DNA of 64,000 nucleotides from positions 128,001 through 192,000 of the forward strand of contig JBITAJ010000027.1 of the NCBI GenBank assembly GCA_044440125.1, written 5' to 3'. The notes beneath the pieces are model-generated. The model was not told where the DNA came from and did no database searches. It saw nothing but the letters and a program-made list of their open reading frames with translations. Of the stretch, positions 58,665-64,000 are shown one piece after another. How positions within the stretch are numbered: the stretch's first letter is position 1; each line of letters opens with the position of its first letter. Position numbers and translations under genes: made by a program. This DNA is from Sedimentisphaeraceae bacterium JB056 (GTDB lineage Bacteria; Planctomycetota; Phycisphaerae; Sedimentisphaerales; Sedimentisphaeraceae).

Positions 58665-59729
58665 ATGGCAAAAACCGTAACATTGCAAATGATAGCAGAT
58701 AAAGTTGGCGTTTCCAAGTCAACGGTTTCTGATGTTTTGCGTGCACGTGTTGCCAAAGTAAAGGTAAGTGAAAATACTCGCGATCGCATCTTTCAGGCGG
58801 TCAAAGAGCTTAACTATGTTCCCAATGCTGCGGCCAGGGCGCTTGTTACCGGTAAGACTAATAATATCGGCTTTTTGCTTTCTTCCAAAACCAATCTGGG
58901 TTTGGCTAACAACTACTTTACTTCCATTATGTCTGGTGTTCAGGCAGCGTCTGTTAGCCGAGGTTTTAATTGTATTGTCAATTGCTACGATCTTTCAAGC
59001 GTGAAAGAGTTTGTAATGCCTTCTAAGGTAAGACGTAAAGTCGTTGACGGCATAGTTATAAGCGGACCCATAGAGGAAAATGTTCTTCAGATGTTTGTTG
59101 ACAGCGGTATTCCTTTCATTCTCGTTGGTGAGAATGCTGATTTTTCAGTCGAAGGAGTTCTGGCTGTGGCACGAAATATATCGGAAGATTGGATAAGGTC
59201 GTTTAATTATCTTTACGATCTTGGCCATAGAAAAATAGCAGTCGGCGGAATAGAAACTGAATTGGGTTATTTCAAGTTCAAAGAAGCTATTGCTAAGTTC
59301 AAGGAAGACAAGCCTCAAGCAGAAGTTCAATTCAGTACTTACAATTCGCCGGTCAGTTGCGGCGATGTCATGGAGTATGCTTACAAACAAGGACAGAAGT
59401 GGTGTAAGCAGAGTGACAGACCGACGGCAGTTATAGGTCATGACCAGTGGTGTTTGGCATTTGTATCTTCGATACTTGATGCCGGATACGATTGTCCTGA
59501 AGACGTTAGTGTTATCAGCACTTGTGACACTGTGTTATGCAAGTGGTTCAGACCATCTATCACATCAATAGTTCTTCCTTTGTATGAAGGTGGTAAAAGA
59601 GCTACGGAATTATTAATTGATTATATCAACAGGGATGTTAACTGGATGCAGGCTAACCGGCTTGCCGATACCATTTGGGAAAAACATGATCTTGTTGTAA
59701 GGGATTCTACCGCAGAGATCTGTAAATAA
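58665..59729 (+). CDS. LacI-family transcriptional regulator
   Basis: VTLQMIADKVGVSKSTVSDVL HTH; LNYVPNAAARAL hinge; VDGIV, GHRKIA, RPTAV, PEDVSVI, LVVRDST. Confidence 0.95.
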   Translation: MAKTVTLQMIADKVGVSKSTVSDVLRARVAKVKVSENTRDRIFQAVKELNYVPNAAARALVTGKTNNIGFLLSSKTNLGLANNYFTSIMSGVQAASVSRGFNCIVNCYDLSSVKEFVMPSKVRRKVVDGIVISGPIEENVLQMFVDSGIPFILVGENADFSVEGVLAVARNISEDWIRSFNYLYDLGHRKIAVGGIETELGYFKFKEAIAKFKEDKPQAEVQFSTYNSPVSCGDVMEYAYKQGQKWCKQSDRPTAVIGHDQWCLAFVSSILDAGYDCPEDVSVISTCDTVLCKWFRPSITSIVLPLYEGGKRATELLIDYINRDVNWMQANRLADTIWEKHDLVVRDSTAEICK

Positions 59730-59757
59730 AAACTGAATATTAATTGAATTATAGCGT

Positions 59758-59869
59758 GTTAGGATGCTGAACCGGTGAGGATGGACAGATACACCGGTCC
59801 AGCGAATTTGCTGAGATTGCACTCAACACTGACATTTTATCATCCACATCAGCAAATTCAACTCCTAAC
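59758..59869 (+). ncRNA. Candidate structured cis-regulatory RNA (three-way junction)
   Basis: P1 GTTAGGA/TCCTAAC; P2 GCTG-A-ACCGGTG/CACCGGT-C-CAGC; P3 GAATTTGCTGA/TCAGCAAATTC; no known family recognised. Confidence 0.45.
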
Positions 59870-59906
59870 TTAAAAAACATTAAGTTTTAATTGAACGGGG
59901 GTTTTT

Positions 59907-61175
59907 ATGCCTGAGAAAACAAAGTTATTTTATGTGTTATGTATGGTACTCGCTGCTGTACCGGCTCTTTTTGCAGGAGCAAATGCAGAGTGGACATTCA
60001 CTCTCCAAAGCAGTGGTGAAGATGTAAGCTGGGATTCAGCTACGGCGATTAGAAGCGGTTACGCGGAATACTTTTACGAGTGTGATTTCACGGCTGTAGA
60101 AGTATTGATTGATGCATCAGGTTCACAGATGTGGATGGACTATTCTCCAGCATTCAATCCAAGTGCTGCCGGTATGAACGATGGCGTTGAGGTAGACATC
60201 ATAAACGCTGTTTACGATGCTAACGAGCTTACATTTGAATTGGCGATGAATATTGATGCTGACGGGTATGCCCACGCATCACTGTCATCGGTAGCATTCC
60301 CTGAACCTTGGGTAGGGGCGGATGTTCTGAGTGTTAAGTTTGATTGTACAATCAAAATCGGAGCTGTTCAGCAGACATGGCAAGACAGTTTTGATTACAC
60401 AACAGAATCTTTCATCGGTGAGACAGCTAACTGGGTAACTAAGGTCTGGGATGGTAATCCTGACTATCGTGGTATTAAGGTTGGCGGAAGCTACACGGGT
60501 GTTGCACATTGTACAGACGGCTACTATGGAAGCTATCCTGATGAGTTCTATGGAGTCGTCAAGTATGCACTTCCTGAAGTTGATGTCTACAATGGCGGTG
60601 CTGCAAATGGTGATTACATTGCAAAGATGACTGTTTCTGATGGTAATCTTGGTGATGCAAGTAACTGGTACCTTCTTGGCCGTGTTGATGAAACAAACTA
60701 CGATGATCCAAACTATGTACAGGTAACTGTAGGCCGCGATGGCACAGGCACACGTCTGGTGTTCGGGCTTCAGGATACTAACGGCGATGGGTATATGGTA
60801 GATGATGGCACTGGAACAATGGTGCTTGATTTTGTTGATGTTACAGATTTTATTATTGGTCAGCCTATTGACGTTGTTCTCAAGCTTGAAGGTGCAAAGG
60901 CTATTGCAAGCGTAAGCCATAACGGTGTCACCTCTTCAATATCTTATGATACAGCATTGACATATCCTGGCGACCCAGCATTTGGTTATGACTGGAAATG
61001 GGGTTACACAGGTGCTGACTTTGAAGATTTCCAAGTTTATTCATTGACTGCTGCAGATCCTACAGTTTGCGGTGAAGATGGAACATACTATCTCAAGGGT
61101 GATCTTGACGGCAACTGTGAGGTCGGAATATCTGATCTTGCCATAATTATAGAAAACTGGCTTGTTGCTATATAA
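59907..61175 (+). CDS. Secreted protein with the shared beta-sandwich-like domain and a C-terminal dockerin-like motif
   Basis: Signal peptide; WQDSFDY...WYLLGR...SHNGVT...GDPAFG; tail YLKGDLDGNCEVGISDLAIIIENWL. Confidence 0.8.
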   Translation: MPEKTKLFYVLCMVLAAVPALFAGANAEWTFTLQSSGEDVSWDSATAIRSGYAEYFYECDFTAVEVLIDASGSQMWMDYSPAFNPSAAGMNDGVEVDIINAVYDANELTFELAMNIDADGYAHASLSSVAFPEPWVGADVLSVKFDCTIKIGAVQQTWQDSFDYTTESFIGETANWVTKVWDGNPDYRGIKVGGSYTGVAHCTDGYYGSYPDEFYGVVKYALPEVDVYNGGAANGDYIAKMTVSDGNLGDASNWYLLGRVDETNYDDPNYVQVTVGRDGTGTRLVFGLQDTNGDGYMVDDGTGTMVLDFVDVTDFIIGQPIDVVLKLEGAKAIASVSHNGVTSSISYDTALTYPGDPAFGYDWKWGYTGADFEDFQVYSLTAADPTVCGEDGTYYLKGDLDGNCEVGISDLAIIIENWLVAI

Positions 61176-61236
61176 GATCAAAGTCAAAATTATTATCAGT
61201 GATATCAAAATCTCTATTAAAAGGGAGTTAGAATTT

Positions 61237-62184
61237 ATGAAGATGAAAAATTTATCAATAGTTTTGATACTTCTTGCCGGTGTGTTAGCCTCTGTTAGCA
61301 CGGCTGAAGTATTATTTGAAGACAATTTCGATAGTTATCAGAATTTACCGGAAGAAGTATTGAGCTGGGGTTTTGCAGGCCTGCAGGCATCTGCGCCTGA
61401 TATGTGGCAAAGTCCTTTCACCGGCGGTTCTTCTGATGCCAAGGTTGGTCCGGGAAGTCCTGGATTAGTTTATTGGTCAGGTAATGATTCTACTGACAAC
61501 CAACTGAGATTATATAAATCTCTTACTGACGGCTACTGGGGCAGTGATTATACCGTATCGGTAGATTACATAAAGCTCACTGACAGAAATACAACAGATG
61601 GTGATGGTAATGGCTGGGTAGATTATGAGGATTATGTACCGGAAGTTTATGTTGGTGCCAGAATATCAGGTGCTGATTATGTTATAGGCGGTATCGTACT
61701 TGCAGACAACTATGATGATGAGAGCGGCGCTTACAATTATGATACATCAACATGGGCATATATCGGTGATGACTTCTCTAAGAATGAAATCTACGCAAGA
61801 ATAAGAGACAGCAAGGGCGGAAGTAATGGCGATACCTATGTTGGTAAGCTTGATCCTACTAAGCCTGTCAATATGACACTTGAGATGAATGGCAACGTTG
61901 CAACATTGACTATTACTCATAATGGTCTTGTTACTACAGTAGCTCTCAATACGACAGTTACTGATAATGGTAATCCTGGCTTCGGAGTTTGGAGAAGATG
62001 GGGCGGTTATGCCAAGGCTTATATGGATAACTTCTCTGTTAACGGTGAGGTTTATATACCATTCGTTGAAGGTGATATTGATGGTGACAATATTGTAGAT
62101 CTTAAGGACCTTGCGATCCTTGCTTATGACTGGACTAAGTGTACAGATCCTGCTGATACTAATTGCGATCAGTTCTGGAAATAA
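61237..62184 (+). CDS. Secreted paralog with a dockerin-like tail (start revised to ATG 61237)
   Basis: Signal peptide; FEDNFDSY...DYTVSV...YVGAR...THNGL...GNPGFG; tail GDIDGDNIVDLKDLAILAYDWTKCTDP. Confidence 0.8.
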   Translation: MKMKNLSIVLILLAGVLASVSTAEVLFEDNFDSYQNLPEEVLSWGFAGLQASAPDMWQSPFTGGSSDAKVGPGSPGLVYWSGNDSTDNQLRLYKSLTDGYWGSDYTVSVDYIKLTDRNTTDGDGNGWVDYEDYVPEVYVGARISGADYVIGGIVLADNYDDESGAYNYDTSTWAYIGDDFSKNEIYARIRDSKGGSNGDTYVGKLDPTKPVNMTLEMNGNVATLTITHNGLVTTVALNTTVTDNGNPGFGVWRRWGGYAKAYMDNFSVNGEVYIPFVEGDIDGDNIVDLKDLAILAYDWTKCTDPADTNCDQFWK

Positions 62185-62218
62185 TGTATAAGGATTTTTG
62201 ATATAGTAAGGATGGACT

Positions 62219-62941
62219 ATGAAAAATGTAATTGTTTTAGTTTTGGTTTTAGTAGCAGCAGCGGCTGTTAATGCAGAAGTCCTGTATCAGGATAATTTCG
62301 ACAGCTATACTGCTGACTGGGCTACAACACTCGGCTCTCAGAATTCCGACTGGAACGGTTATGGTGCAGACAATATTGTTAAGTTTGCATCATGGGCTCC
62401 CGGCAGAGCTGTCTTCTCCAATGGTTATTGGGGAGACAATACTTTGAGGCAGTCGTTTGTGGATGTCGGAGTAAGTGATTATACGGTATCGGTGGAAGCC
62501 TGGCAGTACAGTACCTATACGATGGAATGGTATGCTACTGCAAGAGCAACTGACGATCAGTATATTGCTGCAGGTGTTGTCGCTGCTACTGATGGCGAAG
62601 GTAATTATCAGGTATATGCTAAAATTATTGATAGTACAGGCTATGCAAGCGGCGATTACTGGCTTGCGACATGGGACACTGCATCAGCGATAAATATTTC
62701 TCTTACAGTTGAAGGTGAGGATGTTGTCGCAAGTTTTGAACATGCAGGACTGACTCAGCAGATAACAGCAACAACTACTATACTTGAAGGTGCCAACGCT
62801 GGTTTCGGCGGTAAGTATCAGTGGGATTACCCGATTGGTAATTTCGACAATTTCGAAGTGGAAAGCGTTCCTGAGCCGGCATCATTAGCATTGCTTGGGC
62901 TTGGAGGACTCTTGATTAGAAGAAAGAATAAGAAAGTATAA
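62219..62941 (+). CDS. PEP-CTERM sorting-domain protein (third paralog)
   Basis: Signal peptide; YQDNFDSY...DYTVSV...WYATAR...EHAGL; C-terminus VPEPASLALLGLGGLLIRRKNKKV. Confidence 0.92.
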   Translation: MKNVIVLVLVLVAAAAVNAEVLYQDNFDSYTADWATTLGSQNSDWNGYGADNIVKFASWAPGRAVFSNGYWGDNTLRQSFVDVGVSDYTVSVEAWQYSTYTMEWYATARATDDQYIAAGVVAATDGEGNYQVYAKIIDSTGYASGDYWLATWDTASAINISLTVEGEDVVASFEHAGLTQQITATTTILEGANAGFGGKYQWDYPIGNFDNFEVESVPEPASLALLGLGGLLIRRKNKKV

Positions 62942-62953
62942 ATATATTGGATA

Positions 62954-62975
62954 GGGGGTCTTTTCTAAGACCCCC
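62954..62975 (+). other. GC-rich stem-loop without a U-tract between the PEP-CTERM and prepilin genes
   Basis: GGGGGTCTT-TTCT-AAGACCCCC. Confidence 0.55.
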
Positions 62976-62996
62976 CATTCAAGGGAGATTCACAAA

Positions 62997-63791
62997 ATGT
63001 TAAAGTTAATTAGAAACAAAAAAGAAAACGGCTTTACTTTGATAGAGCTTTTGGTAGTGATTTCTATCATAGCTGTGCTGATGAGCATTATGATGCCTTC
63101 TCTGCAAAGAGCACGCGCTCAGGCAAAGATGGTTATATGCAGCAACAATCTTAAGCAGATTGGTACAGTGTTCCAGCTTTATGCAAATGACAACAAGATG
63201 TGCTTCCCTGAAGGCATTAACTGGAGTTCTACGGCATGGTTTGCCAATGATGAATTGACAAAGTATCTGCCTACTGAATCAACATGGCAAGAAGGTGAAG
63301 ATGCTCAGGGTGTTTATAAGGGATACTACTGTACTGAAAACTTCAAAACCCTTACTAAAGATGATGATGAAACTGATGGCCAAGGTTATGGCCCTGGTTA
63401 CAGTATGAACTATTATCTTGGTGCATTTGCCTATACAAAAGTTGCTAAAGTTAAGAATCAGGCATCCACACCATTGTTCAATTGTTTCTTTATTGATGAA
63501 GATACTCCAACCGGTACATCTGGAAAGCCTGAATATATGGGTAATTACTTTGCCGCTGCATTTGATCCTGCTGAGAGCAAAGAAAGCTGGAAAGCTTATT
63601 ACCTGATGGAGGGAATGCCGGATGTGCATAAAGGACTTGGCTCAAATTTCCTCATGGTAGATGGGCACGTAGAAAAATGCAGGCCTATGGATACACAGGA
63701 AGAGTATGCTCAGAAGTATACCTGGGATGCACCAGGAGCTTATGTGGTAACTCCATACACACCGAGATATCTTGAAGAAAGAAATGACTAA
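62997..63791 (+). CDS. Prepilin-type N-terminal cleavage/methylation protein (DUF1559-like, H-X9-DG-type C-terminal motif)
   Basis: [31 protein letters not shown]....[32 protein letters not shown]. Confidence 0.92.
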   Translation: MLKLIRNKKENGFTLIELLVVISIIAVLMSIMMPSLQRARAQAKMVICSNNLKQIGTVFQLYANDNKMCFPEGINWSSTAWFANDELTKYLPTESTWQEGEDAQGVYKGYYCTENFKTLTKDDDETDGQGYGPGYSMNYYLGAFAYTKVAKVKNQASTPLFNCFFIDEDTPTGTSGKPEYMGNYFAAAFDPAESKESWKAYYLMEGMPDVHKGLGSNFLMVDGHVEKCRPMDTQEEYAQKYTWDAPGAYVVTPYTPRYLEERND

Positions 63792-63822
63792 TAATTAATG
63801 CATTAAAGACGGATAGGGACTG

Positions 63823-64000
63823 ATGAGAAAATTTAGATTACTGACTTTGATATTAATGACGATGGCTCTATGTTCAGCATCATTTGCTGAAGATGGCGGA
63901 TTGTTCCTTTGGCCAAGAGTTGACAAAGCTTATCTCTGCCGTAATTACAATATGCCGGTATGGATACAGATTCCAGAAAGCTTTGTTGGCACCGATGGTA
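63823..64000 (+). CDS. Secreted protein, truncated by the window end (absent from the ORF track)
   Basis: Open frame MRKFRLLTLILMTMALCSASFA|EDGGLFLWPRV... to the end; AGGGA RBS. Confidence 0.7.
   Translation, partial: MRKFRLLTLILMTMALCSASFAEDGGLFLWPRVDKAYLCRNYNMPVWIQIPESFVGTDG

Noticed and set aside
59758..59869. Integron attC site, or extra LacI operators (two ACCGGT cores)
   Set aside because: GTTAGGA precedes TCCTAAC, the reverse of attC order, and no integrase is present; bases flanking ACCGGT do not match the ACGT arms of the operator
60285..60920. 211-aa minus-strand ORF
   Set aside because: Antisense to a gene with a clear signal peptide, paralogous domain and dockerin-like tail

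Overview
Bacterial chromosomal window, AT-rich with standard sigma70-type promoters. The gene content suggests an anaerobic Planctomycetota member, probably Phycisphaerae/Sedimentisphaerales-like (inference from ECF sigma factors with very long C-terminal extensions, dockerin-like tails, a PEP-CTERM protein and a DUF1559-type prepilin). Contents in order: housekeeping genes (eno, rpmA, nusB, ribH, rnr, proC, avtA); a minus-strand accessory block (11.1-22 kb) with two secretin-core-like paralogs, a PEGA protein and two tandem ~1,330-aa membrane-anchored ECF sigma factors that share a near-identical central DNA block and a common promoter motif; a lipoprotein-signal ClpP homolog; a type IVa pilus cluster (pilB, pilC, pilins, pilMNOPQ, pilT; no pilD seen); an ECF/anti-sigma operon; an isolated mtaB; and, from 50.9 kb to the window end, a LacI-controlled carbohydrate-utilisation locus (Na+/solute symporter, GH26, DUF4434, three paralogous secreted proteins with dockerin-like or PEP-CTERM tails, DUF1559-type prepilin). 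The probable operator of that locus (ACGTACCGGTACGT) can be read directly from the sequence. Three intergenic regions fold into multi-stem RNA candidates. No rRNA, tRNA, CRISPR array or transposase was recognised. All calls come from reading motifs by eye; no database searches were run.
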